Source of the DNA: Candidatus Pampinifervens sinense
Lineage (GTDB): Bacteria; Aquificota; Aquificia; Aquificales; Aquificaceae
Reading direction: 5' to 3'
NCBI GenBank assembly: GCA_037927135.1
Contig: JAXSPP010000003.1
Span: forward strand, 1 to 64,000
Length of the DNA: 64,000 bases
The stretch's first letter is position 1; each line of letters opens with the position of its first letter. The position numbers were made by a program, and so were the translations under genes. Shown here one piece after another: positions 49,647 through 64,000 of the stretch. The notes below the pieces were generated by a model. It saw only the letters and a program-made list of their open reading frames with translations, had not been told where the DNA came from and did no database searches.

Positions 49647-50603
49647 CTAGTCCTCCTTTTCTATATGCTTATATATCTTCACAGCCTTTTTTTTGCCAAG
49701 CTGACCAAGGAAGGCTAGAAACTTTGGCACACCCTCCACTCTGACTTTTAAAGGACCCTTTACCGAACTATCAAGCGTTATCGTATCTCCTACCTCTAGC
49801 TCAAGTAGTTTTTTAAAACTTATCTGAGTTTCTCCAAGTATAACCTCAAGCCTCAAGGGTATCCTTTGAAACACTTCAACAGTATTTTGATTAAATCTAG
49901 ACCTTATTTCTGTTGCTCCTTTTAGCAAATCCTTAAAAGGTGCTATTGAAGCTTCGGGAATAGCCAGGTATATGTAGCCTTCACTCCCTTCCACGATCAA
50001 AGTCAGTTTCAGTAGTATAAACTTTTCCTTTGATCGTGCCACAGTCAGTAAGGTGGGGTTTGTCTCTATGCTCAGAGGTACTATCTTCACCTTCATTACA
50101 GTATTCCAAGCAAGCTCTAACTCTTGATAGCACAAGTTCAATAGCTTCTGGATAAATCTCATTTCAATCCTTGTAAACTCTTTACCCTCTATCTTGTATT
50201 GCCTAATGCTTCCACCAAAAACACTGCTTATCACTATATATATCAACCTTGGGTCTATGGCCAACAGGCATTGGCCCCTTAACGGTTCAATGTTAAAGAT
50301 GCCTATGGCACATGGTAAGGGTAGCTTTGATACAAAATCACCAAACCTCACAATACCAACGCTTTCCTTGAAGATGTCTGGTATGGTAACAATAAGAGAT
50401 GTTAAACCTTTTCTTAACCCGTTTATCCATCTTTCAAAGATAAGCTCAAGGCCCGCTATCCTACCCGCTGATATGTGTTCAAAGAGTGTAAGGTCTAGGG
50501 GTTTTACCTTCTCCTCTTCTACTACTGTTTCCTTTCTTTCTTCCTTTCCTAGGGTTTGAAGAAGTAGGTTTATTTCCTCTTGGCTAAGGATTTCGTCCGC
50601 CAT
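49647..50603 (-). CDS. fliM: Flagellar motor switch protein FliM
   Basis: ILSQEEINLLL, FGG...EFTRIE, C-terminal SpoA domain. Confidence 0.92.
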   Translation of the reverse strand: MADEILSQEEINLLLQTLGKEERKETVVEEEKVKPLDLTLFEHISAGRIAGLELIFERWINGLRKGLTSLIVTIPDIFKESVGIVRFGDFVSKLPLPCAIGIFNIEPLRGQCLLAIDPRLIYIVISSVFGGSIRQYKIEGKEFTRIEMRFIQKLLNLCYQELELAWNTVMKVKIVPLSIETNPTLLTVARSKEKFILLKLTLIVEGSEGYIYLAIPEASIAPFKDLLKGATEIRSRFNQNTVEVFQRIPLRLEVILGETQISFKKLLELEVGDTITLDSSVKGPLKVRVEGVPKFLAFLGQLGKKKAVKIYKHIEKED

Positions 50604-50608
50604 GTCTA

Positions 50609-52111
50609 TTAACCCTTACTCTTTAACCATTTTCTTAATATCTTTGCCACCTTTTCTGGCTCCTCTTTTGCCACCTTGACTATCGCTTCTACAGCCTCTA
50701 CCTTTTCAGCCTTCAGCCTTATCTCTTCTGCAGCTTCTATAGCTTCAATGGTCGCTACACCTGTAGGAACGGGCATGGGAGGAACCTCTTTCTTCTTAAA
50801 GAGTTTCCTTAAAGCTACCAGCAGTATTGTAAGTGCTATAAGTGATAGGATCATAAGAAGGGCTATCTTTATATACCTTTCATAGTCTGGTGCGGGTCTT
50901 TCAATGGGGGGTCTTTGGAAGGGTATGGCTTCAACGGTAATGGTGTCACCCCTTTGAGGATCTATACCTGCAGAAGCCACCACTATCCTCCTCACCTTTT
51001 CTATATCCAAGTTCTTTATGTTCGCATCTACCACCACACCCACACTCAGCCTTTTAACCTTTATAAGCGGGTCTATTGTATAAACCTCCTTTTTGCTTAC
51101 CTCATAGTTGGTTATAGTCTCGCTCTTTTCTGTGATAACCTGACCACCGCCAGCCACAGCCCCAACTCCTGGTGGTATATTGGCCTGTGCACCGGGCACA
51201 CCAGCCACACCCCCACCTATAGTCCTTTCCTTCTTCTTCTGCTGGCTTACTATCGCCGTCATATCTGGGTCATAGACCTCCTCCTTTTGCTCCCTCTTTG
51301 TAAGATCAAGCTCTGCGGAGACCTTGACCCTCGCAGATCCAGGCCCAAGCACATCTTCCAATGCCTTTTGAATCTCCTTCTCAAGCCTTCTTTCAAACTC
51401 CAGCTTCAGCTTCAGCTCTTTATCTCCTACAGGCTCCTCCTCTTCCAAAAGGGCCGTAAGGTCCCTTCCAAGGTTGTCCACCACCACAACCTTTTGAGGT
51501 CTAAGCCTTGGAACGCTCGCAGAAACGAGGTTTCTTATTGCTTTAACTTGTTCTGGTGTGAGTTCATAACCAGGCTTTAGCTTTATGAATACGCTAGCTG
51601 TAGGCTCCTCTTCTTCCCTTACAAATATGGACTTTTGAGGCATGCCTATGCTTACCCTTACATCCTCCACCCCTTCCATCCTGAGTATAGTCCTTGCCAG
51701 CTCACCTTCCACAGCCCTTTTGAAGTTCACCTGATTTTGAAAGTCGGAGACACCTATACCAGTCTTGTCAAAAACCTCATAACCCACTATGCCTTTACTA
51801 GGAATTCCTTTTGCTGCAAGCTTAAGCCTTATGTCCCTTGCCCGGTCTTCTGGAACAAGTATACTCCTTCCGTCTTGACCCACCTTATAGCTTACACCTT
51901 CCTTGTCCAGTTCGGTCATTATGGCCGACATGTCCTCTTGAGAAAGGCCTGCGTAAAGTATGGTATAGCTTGGCTTTGTGGCAAAAGTTGCCATTAGGAT
52001 AAGAAATGTAAGGGCAAGGGCAGGAAGGCCAATTACAAGAAGTTTTTGAGTGAGTGGAAGGCTTACAAACTTATCCTTTAAGTTGTTTATAACCTCTCTA
52101 ATTTCGGCCAT
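50609..52111 (-). CDS. fliF: Flagellar MS-ring protein
   Basis: VGYEVFD, RAVEGELARTI, PTASV, NYEVSK, C-terminal LRKWL. Confidence 0.95.
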   Translation of the reverse strand: MAEIREVINNLKDKFVSLPLTQKLLVIGLPALALTFLILMATFATKPSYTILYAGLSQEDMSAIMTELDKEGVSYKVGQDGRSILVPEDRARDIRLKLAAKGIPSKGIVGYEVFDKTGIGVSDFQNQVNFKRAVEGELARTILRMEGVEDVRVSIGMPQKSIFVREEEEPTASVFIKLKPGYELTPEQVKAIRNLVSASVPRLRPQKVVVVDNLGRDLTALLEEEEPVGDKELKLKLEFERRLEKEIQKALEDVLGPGSARVKVSAELDLTKREQKEEVYDPDMTAIVSQQKKKERTIGGGVAGVPGAQANIPPGVGAVAGGGQVITEKSETITNYEVSKKEVYTIDPLIKVKRLSVGVVVDANIKNLDIEKVRRIVVASAGIDPQRGDTITVEAIPFQRPPIERPAPDYERYIKIALLMILSLIALTILLVALRKLFKKKEVPPMPVPTGVATIEAIEAAEEIRLKAEKVEAVEAIVKVAKEEPEKVAKILRKWLKSKG

Positions 52112-52114
52112 CCT

Positions 52115-52396
52115 TTATACCTGCATCCTGTTTAGCTCTTGATAGGCTTCAAGGAGCTTGTTTCTCACCTGGATAAGCAGGTGCAAAGCCACATTCGCCT
52201 TCTCAAACTCAATGACCATCTGGTGTAGTGGAATCTCTTCCCCTTTTAAAACTGCTTCCTTTACAGCCCTCGCCTTCATCTGCTCTTGGTTCACCCAATG
52301 CAAAAACCTGCCAAGCTCCTTTAAAAAGTCTCCTCTTTCTGTTCTTTTTGTTTCAAAGCCCCTTCTTAAAAGTCCACCTATTTCCCTTATCTCCAT
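52115..52396 (-). CDS. fliE: Flagellar hook-basal body protein FliE
   Basis: QVRNKLLEAYQELNRMQV. Confidence 0.93.
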   Translation of the reverse strand: MEIREIGGLLRRGFETKRTERGDFLKELGRFLHWVNQEQMKARAVKEAVLKGEEIPLHQMVIEFEKANVALHLLIQVRNKLLEAYQELNRMQV

Positions 52397-52800
52397 AGCT
52401 CTAAAGTCCTTTGTGCTATCTCCCTTGTCATCTTAAAGGCGTTGAGGTTTGCCTCATAGCTTCTCATGGCCGAGATCATGTCCGCCATCTCCTTTACAAG
52501 CTCTACATTGGGGTATCTTACAAAGCCTTCCGCATCCGCCCTTGGGTTTGCAGGGTCAAAGACAATCCTAAAAGGCTCCTGAGATTCCCTTATCTCCCTT
52601 ACAATTACAGGCACATAGCCCTTCTGAAGGTTTTCTGGACTCTCTATAGCTTCAAAGACAGGTTCTAGCTTTCTAAAAGGTTCTCCTGTTGTCCTATAAG
52701 ATTCAAAGTTGGCTATGTTGCTTGCAATAGTATTCATCCTTATCCTCTGCGCATACATACCGCTGGCAGATATCTCAAAGGCTCTAAAAAGGTCTATCAT
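52387..52800 (-). CDS. flgC: Flagellar rod protein FlgC
   Basis: SASGMYAQR.R....SNIAN, YPNV...EMADMISA.RSYEAN. Confidence 0.95.
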   Translation of the reverse strand: MIDLFRAFEISASGMYAQRIRMNTIASNIANFESYRTTGEPFRKLEPVFEAIESPENLQKGYVPVIVREIRESQEPFRIVFDPANPRADAEGFVRYPNVELVKEMADMISAMRSYEANLNAFKMTREIAQRTLELWR

Positions 52801-53168
52801 TATCTTCCCTCCCTTATGACCGTCCTTAGCTTCTCAAGGCTACCTGTAGCAAACCTCATATAAACCTCATAGGCTATCCTGTTTTGACTCAGCTTTGCCA
52901 TCTCCTCCTCTATACTGACATCGTTTAGATCGTTGCCAACTAGCCTTTTCCTCACTTCAAAGACCTTAAAGTTTTCTGAAGATGTAGGCTTTATATGCTT
53001 CTCTCTTGTTGTTTTGAGCTTTGCTGGCATATCAAGGCTGAAGGCCACATCCTTTGTCCTGTAGTTTGGAGTGTCCGCGTTGGCAATGTTGCTAAGTATT
53101 ACCTTATGCCTCTTCCATGTGTAGTCAAGGTAGGGCACGACCCCCCTTACATCCTTGAATATATCCAT
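52800..53168 (-). CDS. flgB: Flagellar rod protein FlgB
   Basis: SNIANADTPNY..KDV, NDVSIEEEM. Confidence 0.93.
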   Translation of the reverse strand: MDIFKDVRGVVPYLDYTWKRHKVILSNIANADTPNYRTKDVAFSLDMPAKLKTTREKHIKPTSSENFKVFEVRKRLVGNDLNDVSIEEEMAKLSQNRIAYEVYMRFATGSLEKLRTVIREGR

Positions 53169-53172
53169 CCTA

Positions 53173-58808
<5,636 letters not shown>

Positions 58809-58833
58809 ATTTATTTCTTTGCGGAGGTTTGAG

Positions 58834-59835
58834 ATGATGGAGCAAAGCATACCTCTTATAGAGCTTTTGAAAGAAGAGAAGGGTCCAATTCTAATAGCAA
58901 GTCATGAGAACCCAGATGCGGACTCTTTGGGTAGCGCCTTGGCCCTATACCTTTTCCTGAAGAAAAAGGGTAAAAATGTGGTGGTGGGTTGCAAGGATAA
59001 GGTGCCACACTTTTTAGACTTTTTGCCTGGAGCAAGAGAGGTTATAAGGCTTCCAGTGGATGATGTGTTTAGCCTTGCCATAGTGGTGGATGCCAGCGGC
59101 TTTTCCCGTGTGAACGCGGAGGTAAAGGCCTTCAGAAAGGCTAGGATAGACCATCATATAGGCGGTGAGTTCTATGGAGAGTATGATTACATAGATCCCG
59201 ATGCGCCCTCTACCACTTCCCTTATCTACAGGCTTTTGTGTGCTTGGGACAAGTCCGCCATAGATGAGGATATAGCGGAGAACCTTTATGCTGGCCTTGC
59301 CACCGATACAGGCTTCTTCAAATATTCTAATACTACTGCGGAAACCTTTGAGCTTGCAAAGGAGCTTGTAGAGCTTGGTGCAAAACCTCACTGGACCTAT
59401 GTGAACTTTGCAGAGAGGGAAAGCATAAACAAGATAAGGCTTATATCAAAGGTTTTGGAGACCCTTACCCTTCATGAAGATGGCCTTGTGGCCGGAATAA
59501 CTATCTTTGATAGATTTTTCAAAGAGACGGGCTGTGAGTATGCGGACAGCGAAGGTCTTGTAAACTATCCAAGGTCCTTAGAAGGTGTGGAGGTGGCCTA
59601 CGCCATCATTGAAAAACCCGAAGAGAAGGTTTGGAAAGTTTCTCTCAGGTCTAAGGGGAAGGTGGATGTGGCAAAGATAGCGGAAGAGCTGGGTGGTGGT
59701 GGCCACAAGTATGCCTCCGGTTGTAAGATAAAGGCTAACAGCTACGAGGAGGCTACGGACCTTCTTTTGAAGGCCATAAAGAGAGGCTTGGAAAGGGAAG
59801 GGCTAATAAAGTATGCCGTAGGCCAAGAGGCCTAA
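58834..59835 (+). CDS. nrnA: DHH/DHHA1 phosphoesterase (NrnA-like)
   Basis: HENPDADSLGS, IDHH, TDTG.F, GGGGH..ASG. Confidence 0.85.
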   Translation: MMEQSIPLIELLKEEKGPILIASHENPDADSLGSALALYLFLKKKGKNVVVGCKDKVPHFLDFLPGAREVIRLPVDDVFSLAIVVDASGFSRVNAEVKAFRKARIDHHIGGEFYGEYDYIDPDAPSTTSLIYRLLCAWDKSAIDEDIAENLYAGLATDTGFFKYSNTTAETFELAKELVELGAKPHWTYVNFAERESINKIRLISKVLETLTLHEDGLVAGITIFDRFFKETGCEYADSEGLVNYPRSLEGVEVAYAIIEKPEEKVWKVSLRSKGKVDVAKIAEELGGGGHKYASGCKIKANSYEEATDLLLKAIKRGLEREGLIKYAVGQEA

Positions 59836-60522
59836 GTGCTCCCTTAGGGCCTTGTAGCTATCATTTAATACGCTCATACGAGGAACGAAGCTGTATAGGG
59901 TGTATCTTTTGTCCTGTTTAAAATCGGTGGGATAAGGTAGAACATCAAGCCCTACACTTTTGAAGGCCTCCACAGCCCTTGGCATATGATAGGCTGAGGT
60001 GATAAGGGCTATTTTTTTAAAGCCTCGCTGTTGGCATATCTCTTTTACATACAAGGCATTTTCGTAGGTATCCCTACTTCTTACCTCTGTGATTATGCTC
60101 CTTCTGTCCACACCAAGCTCTTCCAGCAGTTGCTTCATGACTTCCGCTTCGGGAAGCCTTCCTACACTCGCACCCCCAGAAAGTATGATGGGAAGTCCAT
60201 ACTTCTTGTGAAGTATAAAGCCTGTAAGAAGCCTTTTCATAGAGTCTTCTTTGAGTATGCCTGTGTTGTAAGAGCCACCACCGAGGACCACAAGGGCATC
60301 CACATCCACACTCTGTGGCACAGGGTATTTGTCCTCTAGGGGCCTGTAGAGGGCATCCTTGATAGGTTCTACCGAAAGCAGATACAGGCTAAGGGCTCCA
60401 GAAAGGGCCAAAAGGTTTATAAGCCTTCTTTTTGACAAGAAGAATATGGCCAAAAAAAGTAGGATAAAAAGTGCAGGTGGAAGGATTAAAAAGCTAAAAA
60501 GCTTTTTTAAGAAAAAGCTCAT
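59803..60522 (-). CDS. YdcF/ElyC (DUF218) membrane protein
   Basis: VVLGGG, ILSGG, SRDTYENA, LITSAYHMPRA. Confidence 0.9.
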   Translation of the reverse strand: MSFFLKKLFSFLILPPALFILLFLAIFFLSKRRLINLLALSGALSLYLLSVEPIKDALYRPLEDKYPVPQSVDVDALVVLGGGSYNTGILKEDSMKRLLTGFILHKKYGLPIILSGGASVGRLPEAEVMKQLLEELGVDRRSIITEVRSRDTYENALYVKEICQQRGFKKIALITSAYHMPRAVEAFKSVGLDVLPYPTDFKQDKRYTLYSFVPRMSVLNDSYKALREHLGLLAYGILY

Positions 60523-60908
60523 CTTCTTCTTACACCTATTAGCACATTCTCCACGCCACTCTTCTTCCCTAGGTCCATAAGGGCTACAACGAACTTATGG
60601 GCCACATCCTCATCGGCCTCTATAACCATGGTCTTTGGCTTTTTATTTTTAAGGTCCTCTTCTATCTGTTCTAAGCTTGCCTCCTTTCCGTTTATCATAT
60701 ACTTCCCATCCTTTAGCACTTGAACTCTGTAAACTTGCAGGCTTGCCTTTTCACCCTCCTTCGCAAAGGGTAGCTTTACCGCAAGGAAGGTTATGGGAGA
60801 CTGGAAGGCCAAAAGGGCAAGGAAAAGAAAGACGGCGAGAAGAGTATCCACAAGGGGTACCACGTCTATATAAGCCCTCTCATCGTAGCTAAGCCTTCTC
60901 CTCCTCAT
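60519..60908 (-). CDS. exbD: ExbD/TolR family protein
   Basis: IDVVPLVDTLLAVFLFL TM with Asp; IEAD. Confidence 0.85.
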   Translation of the reverse strand: MRRRRLSYDERAYIDVVPLVDTLLAVFLFLALLAFQSPITFLAVKLPFAKEGEKASLQVYRVQVLKDGKYMINGKEASLEQIEEDLKNKKPKTMVIEADEDVAHKFVVALMDLGKKSGVENVLIGVRRR

Positions 60909-61516
60909 AACACCCTCACCATATCAAAAAGCTCTTCCTCTATCTTGTTTAGTATGTTGTTGCCCCAGATTCTAAAGAGCCAGTAGGCTATTAGGGCTGG
61001 TATGGCTACCGCAAGGCCTGTAGCTGCAGCCACTAGGGCCTCACTTATGCCCTTTGAGAGTAAGGGCATGGCCGTCTCTGGATCTGCTATAGAAAAGGCT
61101 GAAAAGACTTTTATAAGCCCCGTTATGGTGCCAAAAAGGCCAATAAGAGGTGCCACGCTTGCCACGGTAGAAAGAATAGCCAAGTTCTTTTCAAGCTTTG
61201 GCACAAGGAGAGAGATTTCAAAGTCCAGGCCTTTTATAATGTCTTCCTTCTTTATCTTTCCCTCTTTGTAGCTTTGTAAGAGGTCCTTTAAAACCACCGC
61301 CATATGGGAGCTGTCGGTAGAAAGTAACTTTATGGCACCATCTATGTCTCCGCTGGCAAGTAAGGTTTTTAGGTCCTTAAAGGACCTGCTTCTGTAGTTG
61401 GATGGCCTCATGTTCATAAGCCTTTCCACTATAACAGCCCAGGAAAGGACGGAAAGGAAAAGAAGTGGATACATGGCAAGACCGCCTTTTTGCAAAAGGC
61501 TTATAAGCCCCTCCAT
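60905..61516 (-). CDS. exbB: MotA/TolQ/ExbB proton channel
   Basis: APLIGLFGTITGLI, GISEALVAAATGLAVAIPA. Confidence 0.88.
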   Translation of the reverse strand: MEGLISLLQKGGLAMYPLLFLSVLSWAVIVERLMNMRPSNYRSRSFKDLKTLLASGDIDGAIKLLSTDSSHMAVVLKDLLQSYKEGKIKKEDIIKGLDFEISLLVPKLEKNLAILSTVASVAPLIGLFGTITGLIKVFSAFSIADPETAMPLLSKGISEALVAAATGLAVAIPALIAYWLFRIWGNNILNKIEEELFDMVRVL

Positions 61517-61517
61517 C

Positions 61518-64000
61518 TTATCTCACCTCACACTTTGGTAAGCCCTTTTTAAGCTTATTATACACGCTTGTCTCCTCCGGATTTGCTACATTTAGGTCAA
61601 ACCTCTCCAGCATACAGCTTGCATCCCTTTTTGCACCAAGCTTTAAAAGTATCTTTGCCCCTTCCAAAACTGCAGAGTTATAATAAGGCTCTCCCTTGTG
61701 GTTTAGGCTAATCTCTACAAAGCACTCCAAGGCCCTCTTCCCTTCTCCCTTCTTCAACAGCTCCATACCATAAAGGTACAGAGCCTGCCCTCTTAAGCTC
61801 CTTTCTGGACTTTTTGATACATAGTCAAGTAGGGACAAGTCCCCCGTTTGTTTGTATAGGTCCAGGAGATACCTCTCAAACTCTTGATCCCTATAGCCAG
61901 CCTTTATAAGCTCTTGTGCCAAGCTATGGGCTGAAGAGATGTCCCTTATACTAAGGTATAAGCCTATTGCCTTAACCTTGTCTGGCTTGTCTCCTTCTGC
62001 CAGCATGTCCGCAAGGCTCTTTGTGTCTCCCAAAGAGGAATATATCCTTATGATTTCATCCCTTGCTCTTCTTCTTTCTTCCTCCACGGGCGATTCTTTA
62101 TAGACCTTGTAGAAAAGCACAAGCCTTTTGGAAGGGTCTTCTTCCAAGTCTGCCAGCTTTAGTATGGCTTTGAATTTTATGGGTGTGTCAAGGAGTGTAA
62201 GGAGTAGCCTTTCCGCTTCCGCCTTGTTGCCCTTTCTTGCCATAAGGCTTGCATACTGGTAGATGATCTCAGGAGGTGGATTCTTCTCCTTTTTCATATA
62301 CTCTTCTAGGACCTTTCCCAGCTCCTCGTCATCTATATTCTTTCCAGCAAAATCAAGCAGGGCAAGGGTTGCAGACTTGGCCTCCTCACTGTCTGGAAAG
62401 CTCCTTAGGACCTCAAGATACTTCTCTTTTGCCTTCTCCACATTCCCCATGTTATAGTAGCTCTCCCCCATCTTAAGAAGGGCCCTGGCCCTGTTGGGAT
62501 TATTTGCTGGCACCTTCTCAAAGAATTCAACAGCCCTTTGATAGTTGCCTTCCAAAAAGTAAGAAAGTCCCAAGAGGTAAAACTCCTCTTCAGATTTGCC
62601 GGTCAAAAAGCCCCTTGCCAGCTTTGTATCGCCAAGCATTAGTGCAGACCTTGCCTTCAAAAGCCTTGCCCTTTCGTCCGTCCTTCCTTGAAGGAGGTCT
62701 ATAACCTCCTTATACCTCTTTAGGTTATAAAGGGCTAAGGCCTTATAGTATGGGTCTTCAAAGAAGCCAAGGGCTCCAAGCCAATCGCCCCTTCTAAAGC
62801 TTTCCCATCCTTGGTATTCCTTGTATAGGTCTGGATAGAGCCTTGCCACTTCAGACAGGGTGCCAGACATATCCTCACCGGACCAATAGAGGGCCTCCAG
62901 AAGCCAAAGGTAATCTTCTCTGTCTTTTTTCTTGTTTTTCAAAAGCTCAATGGCCTTTTTGTAGTCCCCCATCTTTATGGCAGAATAGACCGCATACCTT
63001 GTGTTTCCAGCCTCCAAAAAGTTTCTCAAGGCAAGGGCATAGTCGCCAGAGTTGTAGGCTATGATACCAGCCCTTTCCAAAAATCTCACATCCTTTGTAA
63101 GGGTATAGGTAAGCCTTGAAAGATAAACATCCTTCTCGGATATAAAGGCATAAAGCTCTCTTGCAAGGTATGGATTTATGCTTTCTAAGATGCTTGCATG
63201 CCTCAAGGCTTGTTCTCCTTTGCCTTCCCTGTAGTCTATCAAGGACAGATAATAAAGGGCCACGTCCCTGTGGGGCCTTCCAGGCCTGGAGTAATCTTCA
63301 AAGATGGACTTGGCCCCCTTTAGGTTCCCTCCAAAGTAGGCAAGAATGCCAGACCTTAGCCTTGTGCTATCCCTGTAAAGCAGGTTCTCCCTTCCCTTTA
63401 AAAAATCGGATACATACTGGCAGTATTGAACAAAAACTACACCATCGCAAGAAAGGCTAGCTGGCTTTCCTTCCTTTATGGCCTTTACCGCCTTCCAGAG
63501 GCTGTTTTGATTTTCTGGCACAGAACCCTTAAGGGTAAGGCTCAAGGCATAGTAGGCCTCGCAGGCTGGACCCTGATACATATGGGTAAAGTTGCAAGAG
63601 CTTCTAAAAAGCTCTAAGGCCCTTTGTTTTTGATCCTTTGAATAGGCTATTATGCCAAGCACATATTCAGCCATGGGTCCAAAGGCTGAGTTTGGCACCA
63701 AAAGCACCTTTCCAAGCTCTTCTTCCGCAAGGTCATACCTACCCTTCAGATAATAATCCACCCCAAGCCTGTAAGATAGGGCATCCTTTGGCTCTCCACA
63801 GCTTATGCCACTCCTCTCTATAGGCTTTATCTGGGCAAACTCCATGCTCTTTGGTGCCTCAAGGACCATATGGGATAGGTCAAGCTCTTTTGCCTGTGGC
63901 ATAGGAAGGTAGTTGGGTGGGCTAAGCTTGGGCTTTTCTTCATACAGCTTGCCTGTGAGTTCTACCTTTACATCAAACTCCTTTGTTATCTGTTGTGCTA
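61518..64000 (-). CDS. Large TPR protein, 5' end beyond the window
   Basis: Many TPR repeats; frame stays open from 63902 to 64000 (AQQITKEFDVKVELTGKLYEEKPKLSPPNYLPM). Confidence 0.8.
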   Translation of the reverse strand, partial: AQQITKEFDVKVELTGKLYEEKPKLSPPNYLPMPQAKELDLSHMVLEAPKSMEFAQIKPIERSGISCGEPKDALSYRLGVDYYLKGRYDLAEEELGKVLLVPNSAFGPMAEYVLGIIAYSKDQKQRALELFRSSCNFTHMYQGPACEAYYALSLTLKGSVPENQNSLWKAVKAIKEGKPASLSCDGVVFVQYCQYVSDFLKGRENLLYRDSTRLRSGILAYFGGNLKGAKSIFEDYSRPGRPHRDVALYYLSLIDYREGKGEQALRHASILESINPYLARELYAFISEKDVYLSRLTYTLTKDVRFLERAGIIAYNSGDYALALRNFLEAGNTRYAVYSAIKMGDYKKAIELLKNKKKDREDYLWLLEALYWSGEDMSGTLSEVARLYPDLYKEYQGWESFRRGDWLGALGFFEDPYYKALALYNLKRYKEVIDLLQGRTDERARLLKARSALMLGDTKLARGFLTGKSEEEFYLLGLSYFLEGNYQRAVEFFEKVPANNPNRARALLKMGESYYNMGNVEKAKEKYLEVLRSFPDSEEAKSATLALLDFAGKNIDDEELGKVLEEYMKKEKNPPPEIIYQYASLMARKGNKAEAERLLLTLLDTPIKFKAILKLADLEEDPSKRLVLFYKVYKESPVEEERRRARDEIIRIYSSLGDTKSLADMLAEGDKPDKVKAIGLYLSIRDISSAHSLAQELIKAGYRDQEFERYLLDLYKQTGDLSLLDYVSKSPERSLRGQALYLYGMELLKKGEGKRALECFVEISLNHKGEPYYNSAVLEGAKILLKLGAKRDASCMLERFDLNVANPEETSVYNKLKKGLPKCEVR

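Noticed and set aside
51398-51418. CAGCTT tandem repeat in fliF
   Set aside because: It simply encodes ELKLKLE; in frame and too short to suggest phase variation

Overview
Gene-dense bacterial chromosome segment that looks like Aquificaceae (Hydrogenobacter/Thermocrinis/Aquifex-like). The evidence is AGG/ATA-rich codons, scrambled operons, frequent gene overlaps, and close relatives of Aquifex HDLP, LeuT and ba3 oxidase. It holds about 70 mostly housekeeping CDSs: cofactor, amino-acid and heme synthesis, ffh, uvrB, ftsH, ileS, tgt, ATP synthase b'/b/delta, a complete ba3-type oxidase operon (including a 41-aa subunit IIa missed by the ORF track) and a flagellar basal-body cluster. I saw no tRNA, rRNA, CRISPR array or transposase. 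The most notable signals are: (1) a three-gene PlsA/PlsR/Ger-like Fe-S reductase cluster, a candidate ether-lipid synthase; (2) a signal-peptide-less lytic transglycosylase carrying a near-exact copy of an 11-aa FlgB peptide; (3) a CBS/degenerate-GGDEF/cytoplasmic-Cache protein overlapping an AcuC/HDLP deacetylase; (4) recurrent leaderless -10 promoters, including a 22-bp bidirectional one; (5) a double-hairpin control region at the left edge. All calls come from motif recognition without database searches.
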